Shown here one piece after another: positions 34,891 to 44,490 of a stretch of DNA of 45,077 nucleotides. Each line of letters opens with the position of its first letter. The stretch's first letter is position 1. The DNA comes from Corallochytrium limacisporum Hawaii (taxonomy: Eukaryota; Protista; Pluriformea): the NCBI GenBank assembly GCA_002811645.1, contig PDIP01000012.1, positions 1-45,077 on the forward strand, given 5' to 3'. Under the pieces are notes generated by a model. It was not told the origin of the DNA. It saw nothing but the letters and a program-made list of their open reading frames with translations, and made no database searches. A program made the position numbers and the translations under genes.

Positions 34891-36399
34891 ATGAACTGGA
34901 GCAGTGTCGTTGCGGGCAATCCGCAGCAGAACAACAGGCGGAAGGAAGTGTCAGAGACTGGATCGAGCACATCTCAGTCAGTAAGGGAGACGCAAGCGTC
35001 TACTGATCAGACTTCGTCACAACAGCCTCAGAAGGAAGAGTTTCCGAGCCTTGATACACTTACCCTGGCCCCGCAGAGTAAGCGGCAGCAGAGGCACTCG
35101 GAGTCGTGGCATGACGACACGTCCGAACCGGCCGGATCGAAGCCGCAGCAGCCACAGGGCAAAGGATCTAAACAGAAACAACAGCCGCGTAGCGGCAAGG
35201 GTGCCAATCAAAGAAATGCTGGCGGTGGTGGAGCGGCGCCCGGAAGCGGCGGTCTTGACCTCTCTGCATTCATCCGGGCCGCAAAGACAAAGGAAGACAT
35301 CGCCCGCTTGAAGCAGGAGAAAGCCAAGGCCCAGGAGCAGCTGCAAATCCAGCGAGCGAGGGAAAAATTGCTCAAGGAGCAAGGACTGCCGGGGTCGAAG
35401 GCGAATCGGCTCGACACGTCGGCACCGACGAAGCTACGCGGTAAGGAACGGGAGAAGCCGAAGAGGAAGCGGCCGACACGGCTGAAGAAAGCGCTTCATG
35501 CGCAGAGAATGGAACGGCGGGGTACGAACGGGAATGGTTCGGGGGCTGATCATGATGATGGCCATGGAGGTGAAGATGACGATGATCAACAACACAGTGA
35601 CAGTGGTGATGAAACCGGTGCTGACGCTGAAGATGATGCTGATGTTGTCGATGATCCAAACGATCAGAATCAACACCCCGATGTGGCGAATGATGACGAT
35701 GTGGACGACGATGTAGACGACAGAGCAGCAACTTCGACTGTCAAGGCTGGGAAGGGCCACAGCCACTCGAAGAACGGCCATGATGGCACCACCGGCGTCG
35801 GCCTCAGCAATCGCAAGGTCTTCTACGGTCCCGTCTACCCAGCCTTCGCCCGTTTTGGACTTTCAACGGAGGCCGAATGCTCCCTTCACAGCCGTAAATT
35901 CCGCGAGTACTGCCGACAATACACGAACGTTGACGGCCTGAAAGGGTCCATTCGGCGCCTCCTCGCCGATCTCCAGCGCTTCGAGCAGCGTGTGCGGAAT
36001 GTAGAACCGCAGAAACTGCGCCAGAAGAAGCGGCTGGTTGTAGGGATACGCCAGGTCGAACACTGGCTCGGACTGGGCCGACTGAAAGGTGTCATCCTGG
36101 CGCCGGACCTTGAAGCGAACGACCGTGATCATGGCCTGGATGCGCACGTACGGGGCATTCTGGACACTTGCAAAACTGATGGCGTCGAGCTGATCATTGG
36201 ACCGTCGCGATACAAAATGGGCCAACCCATGAGTATTCGGCGCGCTACCGCGGTGGTGGGCATTGTCAACTACGACGGTGCGCAGGAGCACTGGCAGACG
36301 ATGCTTGAATGTGCCAAGGTTGGGCGGGAGAAGTATGAGGATGCGGTCAGAGAACGATTAGCTGCGGCTCAGGCCGAATTCGCAACTGGAAATACCTAG
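34891..36399 (+). CDS. SECISBP2: SECIS-binding protein 2 (SBP2; SID + L7Ae domains)
   Basis: NRLDTSAP..RGKEREKPKRKRPTRLKK (SID), LHSRKFREYC, L7Ae KKRLVVGIRQV..ILAPD.E..GLD..AVVGIVNYDGAQ. Confidence 0.93.
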   Translation: MNWSSVVAGNPQQNNRRKEVSETGSSTSQSVRETQASTDQTSSQQPQKEEFPSLDTLTLAPQSKRQQRHSESWHDDTSEPAGSKPQQPQGKGSKQKQQPRSGKGANQRNAGGGGAAPGSGGLDLSAFIRAAKTKEDIARLKQEKAKAQEQLQIQRAREKLLKEQGLPGSKANRLDTSAPTKLRGKEREKPKRKRPTRLKKALHAQRMERRGTNGNGSGADHDDGHGGEDDDDQQHSDSGDETGADAEDDADVVDDPNDQNQHPDVANDDDVDDDVDDRAATSTVKAGKGHSHSKNGHDGTTGVGLSNRKVFYGPVYPAFARFGLSTEAECSLHSRKFREYCRQYTNVDGLKGSIRRLLADLQRFEQRVRNVEPQKLRQKKRLVVGIRQVEHWLGLGRLKGVILAPDLEANDRDHGLDAHVRGILDTCKTDGVELIIGPSRYKMGQPMSIRRATAVVGIVNYDGAQEHWQTMLECAKVGREKYEDAVRERLAAAQAEFATGNT

Positions 36400-36499
36400 T
36401 CTGATCATGTGAATATAGTTTCTTTACTCGATTTTGTGAGCCGACATGTATATGTAGCAACCTAATTGTGCAGAATACGCGTTCCCTTTCTGCTAAATA

Positions 36500-37168
36500 T
36501 CATGATGATCCCTTTTTCCGCTTCTGTTGTTCATGGATTTCTTTACCATCACTATAATTCTTTCGCTGCTGATCACTGTCCAGCAGCGGATCAATAACCT
36601 CCAACTGCTCGTCCTCCTCTGCTGCCCGGTCATCCTCTGCCGACTTGTGGAAATGAACACCGTCTTTGGCCCAGGCAAACTTTTTCCCCTTCAGCCGGTT
36701 CAGCTGCTCGAGAGAGGACTCGGTGGAGCGGTCTTTGCCCAAGGGAGCCTCCCGCGCCAGTCTACTGCTCTTCGGTTTTGGATGTCCCTGGTGGATCTCC
36801 ATAATCCTGTCTGCATCCTTCACTTCCGCAATGTCTGACGTGCCGACATCTGATCCGACATCTTTGTCATTAATGGTGTTCATGGGCTTCAGGCTCAGAT
36901 CGCTAAGGGTGTCTTCATCTTGCTTTGAGTTCTTGACACGCAATACATCAAGCAGCGTAGGTGTCGGTCCCGGTGCCGGGTAGTCCACTTTCTGCTTTTT
37001 CGACTTGTTGCCGCGCGCCAGCGAGACCTGGCCCAGCTCTTCGTCCTCATCGTCCTCGTCCCCGAAACTTAGCATGTTCGTCGCCACCTTTGGCGGCTTC
37101 GTTGTATTACTCATGCCGGAATCGTTCACCACACCCTTTGCTGGTTTGGCTCCTGTGAGGCAAATCAT
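36500..37168 (-). CDS. CWC27-like protein, C-terminal region only (no cyclophilin domain)
   Basis: ATNMLSFGDEDDEDEE, SSLEQLNRLKGK, W..VHFHK and LEVIDPLL match CWC27 tail motifs in order. An in-frame TGA lies four codons upstream of the ATG; the true start may be the second Met. Confidence 0.65.
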   Translation of the reverse strand: MICLTGAKPAKGVVNDSGMSNTTKPPKVATNMLSFGDEDDEDEELGQVSLARGNKSKKQKVDYPAPGPTPTLLDVLRVKNSKQDEDTLSDLSLKPMNTINDKDVGSDVGTSDIAEVKDADRIMEIHQGHPKPKSSRLAREAPLGKDRSTESSLEQLNRLKGKKFAWAKDGVHFHKSAEDDRAAEEDEQLEVIDPLLDSDQQRKNYSDGKEIHEQQKRKKGSS

Positions 37169-37478
37169 ACAACGGTCTCAACGCTGGGCTAGTCGACGAT
37201 TGGAGTCGGTAAAACTCAATTTTTTGGAGTGTGGATATATCTCCTCAGATAAAGAATGGGATCATCTTTTACCTTCAACGCATGCTTCAAACTCCCCGTG
37301 CTGGCCAATAAAAAAACGCCACGACCAATGCCCACCGGACCGAAATCATCGACCAACGGCGGCTTAACAGATCCCGGGGATCATCACATGCCTTTAAGAG
37401 GGAAGGGCAGTGTCGTCAACTGCTGGCGGCCCACCCCCTCCTCCTCCTCCTTCCCTCTGTGTACCGTCCCGCCCCCCC

Positions 37479-37720
37479 NNNNNNNNNNNNNNNNNNNNNN
37501 NNNNNNNNNNNNNNNNNNNNNNNNNNNNNNNNNNNNNNNNNNNNNNNNNNNNNNNNNNNNNNNNNNNNNNNNNNNNNNNNNNNNNNNNNNNNNNNNNNNN
37601 NNNNNNNNNNNNNNNNNNNNNNNNNNNNNNNNNNNNNNNNNNNNNNNNNNNNNNNNNNNNNNNNNNNNNNNNNNNNNNNNNNNNNNNNNNNNNNNNNNNN
37701 NNNNNNNNNNNNNNNNNNNN
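37479..37720. other. Assembly gap (N run) inside a low-complexity island
   Basis: N run after a C-run. Confidence 0.99.
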
Positions 37721-38219
37721 GAGAAGAAACAGAGCCAAAGTAGGGGGGGGGTGTGGGGCGGGGAGGGGGGGGTATACAGCGCGCTTAACTCAATTAGTAA
37801 GGTTTTCAGTTAATTATTCATCACCCGGTGCTCAAACCCTGTGGGGGAAGAGAGGGGGGGAGGGGGCGTTTTGCTTTTCGTGTAGCACTCTCCCTCTTCT
37901 TCGCCGCCCCTTTCGGCTTCTTCACTCCGCCCCGTGCCCATCCATTGTTTCCTTCCCTTTTGTTCGTCTGGCTGTCGGTTTTCTTCATTCCACTCCTATC
38001 TCTTTCCGAGCCCGTCCTCCATGGTTCGTTGAACGTTCCCAATTATGCTATCGGCCCCTGTCGTATCGTCTCTCGCTCGCGCTGACCTCGTTTTGATTGC
38101 AAAGGTCCAATGCTATATGTGTTCCCTGCCATCACAAACGGAGGCAAAGGATGTAGTATGCACAAGGAGCTTTCTCAAAGATCGGATCAGCCAAAGTTCT
38201 ATTATCGGCCGGACGAAGG

Positions 38220-38870
38220 CTACCTGGTCCCCCCTTTGTCGCCTGGTTTCTTGCCTACTTTGCATTGCCTTTGCTTGTTGTTTCTTGGGGCAGGAGGCAG
38301 GCCCAGCTGGTCTGTCCGTACGGACTTGCGGGTGCCATGGCTCTTGAGATGAACACAGTCTGATCTTGCACAGGAGAGAAGCCCCCGAAGGCTTCACAAA
38401 CTAGATTACATGTCATCCCAGATGTCTGTCTTTCGACGTATCCACATAGCCACAGTAGTTGTTTTGTGAACAGAACCAGGACTGCGTGTTGAGTGGTGCG
38501 AGTGCGACGCATGTGCGAAGCGTTCGGAGGACTTAGATCTTGGATCCTCAGTTGGAGTGGGAGTCGGAGGTGAATCGTACCCTGCACCAATACAAATACA
38601 AATACACATCCACCACACCATGTTCAATTCCCTCGATAGGTTTTTGTAACCACACCACGTAAGATGGAGCGGCGGTCGTGCACACCCACACCAGGAGGAA
38701 CACTCGACTACGAACTCATCAAGCGTATCATACAAGGCAGCTACACGCGAGTCACCGCGGCGCTTCTTGTGAAGGTCATCGATGACTGGGAGCCGCCGAC
38801 ACGACCACACTCAACGCAACACAGAGCTGGGGCACCTCTTATTGTCTGCGAGTCGTTCGTTCTAAGCTGG
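38220..38870 (+). mobile_element. Degenerate non-LTR RT fossil (motifs 0-4)
   Basis: LHCLCLLFLGAGGRPSW ('L..L....W..G..P..W'), FGGLRS, IHHTMF, ELIKRIIQGSYTRVTAALLV..EP, RAGAPL ('RQG.PL'). Confidence 0.5.
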
Positions 38871-39390
38871 CTCCCTTTGTCACCCCGACACCCTTGCTTT
38901 GGTGGCCCGCAAGGAGAGCCGCGAGCGGCGGTGGGGTGACCCCGGGTGTAAAAAACGGACGGGAAGGGGCCCCACCGGACGTGTGTCTCATGATTCACCG
39001 CAAGAGGCCACGCACACGGCTTCATTCTTGCGATTTTCTCCTTTTTTTTTTTTTTTTTTGGGCGTACTTTCTGGGCTCCCGGGCCCCGTGTTCTTCCTTT
39101 TCTTTTTTTTCTTGCCTGTAGCAATAGTCGCGCGGAGAGTTGGGCAAAAAACACGAAACGAGAGAGAGAGAGAGAAGAAAAAAGGAACCAAGGAAAAAAG
39201 AACTGACCAAAGCGAACGTTTTGCTTATCGGGGCGGTAGAGGGTCCTTGGGGCTTTTGGAGAAGAGCGGATGAATTTGGGAGAAGGGGAGGGGAGGGAGA
39301 GACTCCAGGGGGCGAGGGGCCGGGGCGGCGCTGGGGCTTCGGAGAGGGGGGGGCTTGCTGCGTACGAATGGTCTGGACGAGCAAACCGGC

Positions 39391-39397
39391 TATAAAT
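39391..39397 (+). promoter_or_regulatory. Candidate TATA box of the FMO gene
   Basis: TATAAAT in GC-rich context, about 100 nt upstream of ACCATGG at 39494. Confidence 0.5.
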
Positions 39398-39493
39398 GGG
39401 GTGAGATCCGCGTATCAGGGCCATGGGTTTCGTCAAACCGGTCAGGTCAAGGGAGAATACGGCTTTTATATTGCACCCCATAAAAATACCACC

Positions 39494-41053
39494 ATGGACG
39501 CCAAAATTCTAGTTTCTACCGCTGCTGGTGTGGCTACGTACCTTTCCGTGCAGGACTGGCTCTGCACCCGAGGCGGTCTGAAAGATCGACGCCTGGGCCA
39601 GGTCGAGGTCGCGAACCGGGACCGTAAGTCCAGTGCATTGCCCGAACTGAACCTTGTCAATGGTGAGATTGATAAGGAAGCCATGGACAAAAAGCTTGAG
39701 GATCCTGAGGTGCTTGTTATCGGTGGAGCGGCCGCTGGTGTGGCTGCCTCCGCGTGCCTGAATTACGAAGGGATCAACAACATCGTGGTCAACGACCGCA
39801 TGCGTCCGGGCGATATGTGGCGCTCTCGCTACGACCGGCTTCATCTGCACGACATTCTAGAGGAGTGCCACTTGCCATTGCTGTCCATGCCTGATACCTA
39901 CCCCGTCTACCCGACCCGTGAACAGTTCGGCAGCTACCTGGACTCGTACTGTCGCCTGAACAAGGTCAACTACTCCGGCGGCTACCGCATCGAGAATGTG
40001 TCCCGGAAGAGTAACGGCGAATGGACCGTGACAGCCAAAAAGAGCGAACACCACACTGACCCGAACGCACCCGAGACCCGCACCTGGCACGTGAAGGCAA
40101 TTGTGATCAGCAACGGTGTCTACAACGATCCAAACATTCCAGACTTCAAGGGCATCAACGACTACCAGGGCAAGGTCATTCATTCCAGTGTGTACACCAA
40201 CGGCAAAGAATACAAGGGGAAGAAGGTCTTGATTATCGGCTTTGGCAACTCTGGCGCCGAGATTAGCGTTGATTTGTGGGAGCATGAGGCTGACACGAGT
40301 GTCCTTGTACGCAGTGCTTCCCCGATTGTCCCACGCAAGGGCATGCAGCTCTTCCAGGAACTGCTGTACCGGATTCCGTTCCTGCGCATTCCCGTCAAGA
40401 ACTTGCTCTGCACCAACAGCAAATTAGTGAAGCTGCTGAGCATTCTTGCCTTCCTGCCCATTGCCATTACCGCAGACATGTGCTTGATGCTGTACACATA
40501 CCTTCGCTTTGGCAATCTCAGCAAGTACGGGCTAAAGATGAGCAAGTTGGGACCCCTTATGAATTTCACCGTCAATCTGCAGGCCCCTGTCATGGACATT
40601 GGTACCATCGACCTCATCAGGAAGGGCGAGATCAAGGTCCTCGCTCAAGGTGTCCGCACCTTCACCAAGACAGGAGTCGTGCTCGAGGACGGCTCCAGCC
40701 ACGACTTTGATGTAGTTGTCATGGCCACAGGTTTCAAGACCATCGAGGGCCACAAGAAGTTCCTGTCGCCGGAGATCATGGATGAGCTCGGCGGTCGCTC
40801 CTCTACGGGCCCGGATGCAGTGATCAGGCAGAGGATCCGCCCAGGCCACTCCACGGCGGTCCCGCGTCTGTTCTTCCTCTTCGGGCGTTTGCAGATGATT
40901 CGTGACGCCGCTCCGATCATGGCGGAGAATGTGGCACAAGCCTTGGGACGAAAGAGTCGGTTCAATGCCGACTTCTGGGACTATGTTTACAAAAGCACCT
41001 TTGCTGCAGGCCTAGGTTTTGGCCTTGCGTATGCAATCAACCGGGCTCTGTGA
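39494..41053 (+). CDS. Class B flavin-containing monooxygenase, YUCCA-like (519 aa)
   Basis: WRSRYDRLHLH, CHLP..YPVYPTREQF, YQGKVIHSSVY (FMO motif), GFGNSG (NADPH), KYGL..GPL..PVMDIG, MATGF; strong ACCATGG start context. Confidence 0.93.
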   Translation: MDAKILVSTAAGVATYLSVQDWLCTRGGLKDRRLGQVEVANRDRKSSALPELNLVNGEIDKEAMDKKLEDPEVLVIGGAAAGVAASACLNYEGINNIVVNDRMRPGDMWRSRYDRLHLHDILEECHLPLLSMPDTYPVYPTREQFGSYLDSYCRLNKVNYSGGYRIENVSRKSNGEWTVTAKKSEHHTDPNAPETRTWHVKAIVISNGVYNDPNIPDFKGINDYQGKVIHSSVYTNGKEYKGKKVLIIGFGNSGAEISVDLWEHEADTSVLVRSASPIVPRKGMQLFQELLYRIPFLRIPVKNLLCTNSKLVKLLSILAFLPIAITADMCLMLYTYLRFGNLSKYGLKMSKLGPLMNFTVNLQAPVMDIGTIDLIRKGEIKVLAQGVRTFTKTGVVLEDGSSHDFDVVVMATGFKTIEGHKKFLSPEIMDELGGRSSTGPDAVIRQRIRPGHSTAVPRLFFLFGRLQMIRDAAPIMAENVAQALGRKSRFNADFWDYVYKSTFAAGLGFGLAYAINRAL

Positions 41054-41279
41054 AGTCGTCGGAGTTATCTGTAGCGCGACCACTATTGCTATCCAATAGA
41101 ACCCACTATCATCACATGCAGGTTTTGTTTGTTAGTTTTCATTACCACACCTTTTGTCCATGTTGTTCTTCACTGCTGGTGACAACATGTACCGTTTGGG
41201 ATAAGGGGTTAAATGCCGGTGTTTTCATATGATCTCTGGAGGGTTAACGAATTGTTTAATGAACGATTTGCTTTGAACT

Positions 41280-41285
41280 TTTATT
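41280..41285 (-). terminator. AATAAA immediately after the TerB-like stop codon
   Basis: Minus strand reads TGA-AATAAA. Confidence 0.35.
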
Positions 41286-42389
41286 TCACGCCAGACCCAG
41301 GCGGTTCCGCACCCGACGCTCGCTCTCGTCAGCACGCGAGCTGCTCAGACCGAGCTTCCTGCACATATGATCCACAGACGCCCGCTCCTCCACGTCCAGC
41401 ACGCCATCGTCGCGGAAGTGCTGAGTCAGAACATTATCAAGGATATAGTCCTCAGCTCCCTTGCGCATTGCATCAAAGCGGTCCTTTGGCACTTGCAAGG
41501 CCATTCCGAAGCTCTCAATCATCTGTTGCTCCGCAGCGTCCAGGTTCTCGTCGGTCAGGGCCATGATCCAGCAGTACAGCATGACGGTCTCGCGAATTGG
41601 CGAGAGAGTCAGCTGCGTAATATCCAGCTCGCCACTAAGCGGGGCGCTGGCCAGACGGCGCGGGTCCATGGAGGGGGGAAGGAAGCCACCGATGAACGCA
41701 GCCTCCTGTGCTCCCAGATCACCGTCCACCGACGCAATGTGCGCCAGCATGGCACCCAGCAGTTCAATGTCCTTTTGCAAAGTTACCGGGAAGTACGCTG
41801 TCTGCTGCTCAAAGACGCCCAAGCTCATGCCCACGGAGGGAGGAGTCGAACGCGTCACTGCGTCGAACTTGTCTTGGCTCACTCCTGCGGGCGGGGGTAC
41901 GGAGCGGTCCGCAGGATGGGCAGCGTTTAGGGCGGCCTGGCTGCTGATGTACTGCTTACCGTCCCAGACGAAGTAGTCGATGCGAGCCTCGCGCCAGGCC
42001 TCCTTCTCTGCTTCCTTTTGTGCAGCCTTGATCTCTTCGGGAGTCCAGCCAGCGGCGTTCTTGCCCATCTTCTTGTCGACCTCAGTGTTGGCCGCGGCTT
42101 CCGCCTTGTCCATGAAGGACTTGACAAAACTCGCAGACTGGCGGCCAAATTGCTTCTTCAGCTTTTTCTCCATGCTCTTACGGACACCATTGATGATCTT
42201 ACCCTGAGTAGACATCTTGGCCTTACCAGTGGCATCCTTCTTGGGTTCTTTCTTCTTCACCGGGACAGTGACCGTAGAAATGTGGCCAGTGACTGGGCAC
42301 TTAAAGTCAGCTTCGAGCTGAGTGGGTGCGTCCGGATTGTCCAGGCGGGACGCAGCCAGGTATTGTGTGGGGTCGTTCCTGTCAGCCAT
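41286..42389 (-). CDS. TerB/DjlA-like helical domain protein (367 aa)
   Basis: Repeated TerB-type units: IASVDGDLGAQE, MALTDENLDAAEQQMI..ALQV, DDGVLDVEE..KLGL; coding-type codon bias; ACCATGG start. Confidence 0.8.
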   Translation of the reverse strand: MADRNDPTQYLAASRLDNPDAPTQLEADFKCPVTGHISTVTVPVKKKEPKKDATGKAKMSTQGKIINGVRKSMEKKLKKQFGRQSASFVKSFMDKAEAAANTEVDKKMGKNAAGWTPEEIKAAQKEAEKEAWREARIDYFVWDGKQYISSQAALNAAHPADRSVPPPAGVSQDKFDAVTRSTPPSVGMSLGVFEQQTAYFPVTLQKDIELLGAMLAHIASVDGDLGAQEAAFIGGFLPPSMDPRRLASAPLSGELDITQLTLSPIRETVMLYCWIMALTDENLDAAEQQMIESFGMALQVPKDRFDAMRKGAEDYILDNVLTQHFRDDGVLDVEERASVDHMCRKLGLSSSRADESERRVRNRLGLA

Positions 42390-43189
42390 GGTTTGTTTTG
42401 TTTTGCTATCGCTTTCCGTGACTTCCGATCACAGATTCTTCTGATCATCTCCTGTGGACATGTGGTGTACATAACCTCTGAAGGGTGTGCTTAAATAGCT
42501 TGACACCCAGAGCCGGATGGTGAACGTGAGAAAACGAAGAACCAACGGCGGACCAAAGTAGACAGACCACAACGAACAATCGACCACGGCTAGAGACTCT
42601 ACCGGTCGTGACAGTACTGAAGACATAGCGAACTAACGGTGCCGACACCGATCTTGATCCCAGAGAAGCGGCCGCCAGAAGAAGCTGCTGAGCTGGCCAG
42701 TTTCTCGTCACACTCTCCGAAACCAACAAAAGGGGGGACCATTAAACGAAACACCGGACCCGTCCAGCTCCTACGCGACGAAAAAGTCCTTCTTTCATTA
42801 TAAGAAAAGTACGGCAAGATTTTCCCCCTTTCTCTCAGTGCAACACAAATGAAAAAAAGTTTGAGAAAGCGTCGGACAAGGGAGAGTGGGAGAGCCCCAA
42901 AAAGAAAAAAGAAAAAAAGGGAAACACGACCGAAAAGGGGAGAGAAAGTAAACACACAAACCAAAAAAGAAAGTAAAAAAAGGGGGCCGGTATTTGAATT
43001 CCATTTCAGAATTTGCGTGGCCCTGGACATATTTTCTCGCATTCCACAAACCCGCCTGGAACACACAAAGGCAAAGTAAAACGTTTTGCTGCAGATGGCG
43101 GCGCTGATACCAGTTGGTAGTTCATCATCGAATAATACCCCGCAAGGGAGCTCCCCCCGCCCCGGGGGGAGGGGGGGGCCACGGCTTCG

Positions 43190-44490
43190 ATCATGGAAAG
43201 CGGACTATATAGTCAAGCCCAGAGTGTGCACGGAGTGATATTTGTCCCTTTGTTTTCATATCGTGGCACACGCATTCATCGTAAAGCAATACCGGTCCTG
43301 CTTCAACGGAACGCAGAGATATGTGTCGAAGGTTCAAGCAGCATATTGGGTCATGCACCCGCCATCCACGAGAGAAAGAAAAGGTCCTTACCGATGCGCG
43401 ATCGACCGAGGCTATGGACAAAGTCTTCTGAAGTGTAGATGTAATAAAGGTCCTTGTCCTGGTTGGTGGTACACAAACACCCGGCAGCCCTATGGTTCGC
43501 TGGGGTGCGGGGTGTTCAAAGATCCTTGGCCTTTTCGCAAAGCACACGAATTCGATTGCACGGCACAAAATTTAGGCCTTCCATTTCCTTCCAAAAGGGC
43601 TGAAGTGCGGGAGAAGGGTGTTGGGATCGCGGCTCAAACACACACACACACACACAGAGCCCCCCACCGTCCCCTGTTCCTTCCCCTGGTTCCCCTGTAC
43701 CACCGGCCGAGCTGCGATCCAAAGTCCCGGAAACCCAAACCAAACCAATCCAAACCAAACAAAAACGAAAAAACTCATCAAGTTTTTCCACATTGGTTCC
43801 CCCCTCTCCCCGGGGTGTGCCATTTGGGGGGAAGAGCGATGGCGATGGATTAGGCCTCCCCAAACGCAAACCAGCCAATGCACTGGCACGGTATTCTTCT
43901 TGTCCCGTCCGGCGCCTTCTACGCACCATGATCATACAACTCTCAGCGTGTCCCTGTGTCTCTTGTTCGTGGCGGCCCATACCCAATGCACTGGAGGTGT
44001 CTCATCACCGACCCCGCGATCACCAACTGTACTGCTCCACCAAGAGGCTTCCCTATTTTGTGAGCATGGGAAAAAGGAGCAATGAGAAGATTCTTTTCAC
44101 CAGAGACGAGCAAGGGGAAAGGCGTCGTTTGAAACAGGGGACCTCAGAGCACGATGCCGGAGGATGATCGACGGCATCAAATGCCTGCCCTTACTGGCCT
44201 TGGGGACACCTATTCGGGAATAGGCAATGGGATTCTTTGCCACGGCTTGGACGCCGATAACCTACCCATCAACATGGTACCGGCATCTAGAACACACCGT
44301 CTCAAAATTGTGTCGAACGAGATTATTTCTCGGGCCTGGTAGGATGGTGTCCGGGGAGCCTGTGTGTATCATGGTGATGATCTCGGCACCCCATCCGATG
44401 TACCGTAATCCGGTGTTTAACTGATTGGCACGTCTCTATAATGAATTTACTGGCCCTTCCTCAGCTTGCCGGTTATGGCAAGCAGCAGAG
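43190..44490 (+). mobile_element. Possible degenerate non-LTR fossil (EN to start of RT) split by an island at about 43600-43870
   Basis: AYWVMHPPS..AID (EN 'TW.HP..ID'), later GLDADNLPINMV and EIISRAW*DG; weak. Confidence 0.35.

Noticed and set aside
37153-37170. 18-nt GTATG...CACAG micro-intron at the CWC27-like start
   Set aside because: Removing it keeps the frame and still meets the upstream TGA; no other micro-intron is needed in any gene.
38664-38939. Small ORF with TPGGT, reminiscent of 4E-BP
   Set aside because: Lacks the YxxxxL-phi motif; better explained as RT motifs 3a-4.
39140-39493. 118-aa N-terminal extension of the FMO in the ORF track
   Set aside because: Non-ATG start within a low-complexity island, and it spans the TATA box; ACCATGG at 39494 is the credible start.
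41051-41073. UGA readthrough (Sec) at TGA-ending genes, prompted by SBP2
   Set aside because: No redox motif context and no recognisable SECIS in the short 3' spacers.
44374-44424. C/D-box-like GTGATGA...CTGA
   Set aside because: Too short, no terminal stem and no convincing rRNA guide; no tRNA or snRNA signatures recognised elsewhere either.
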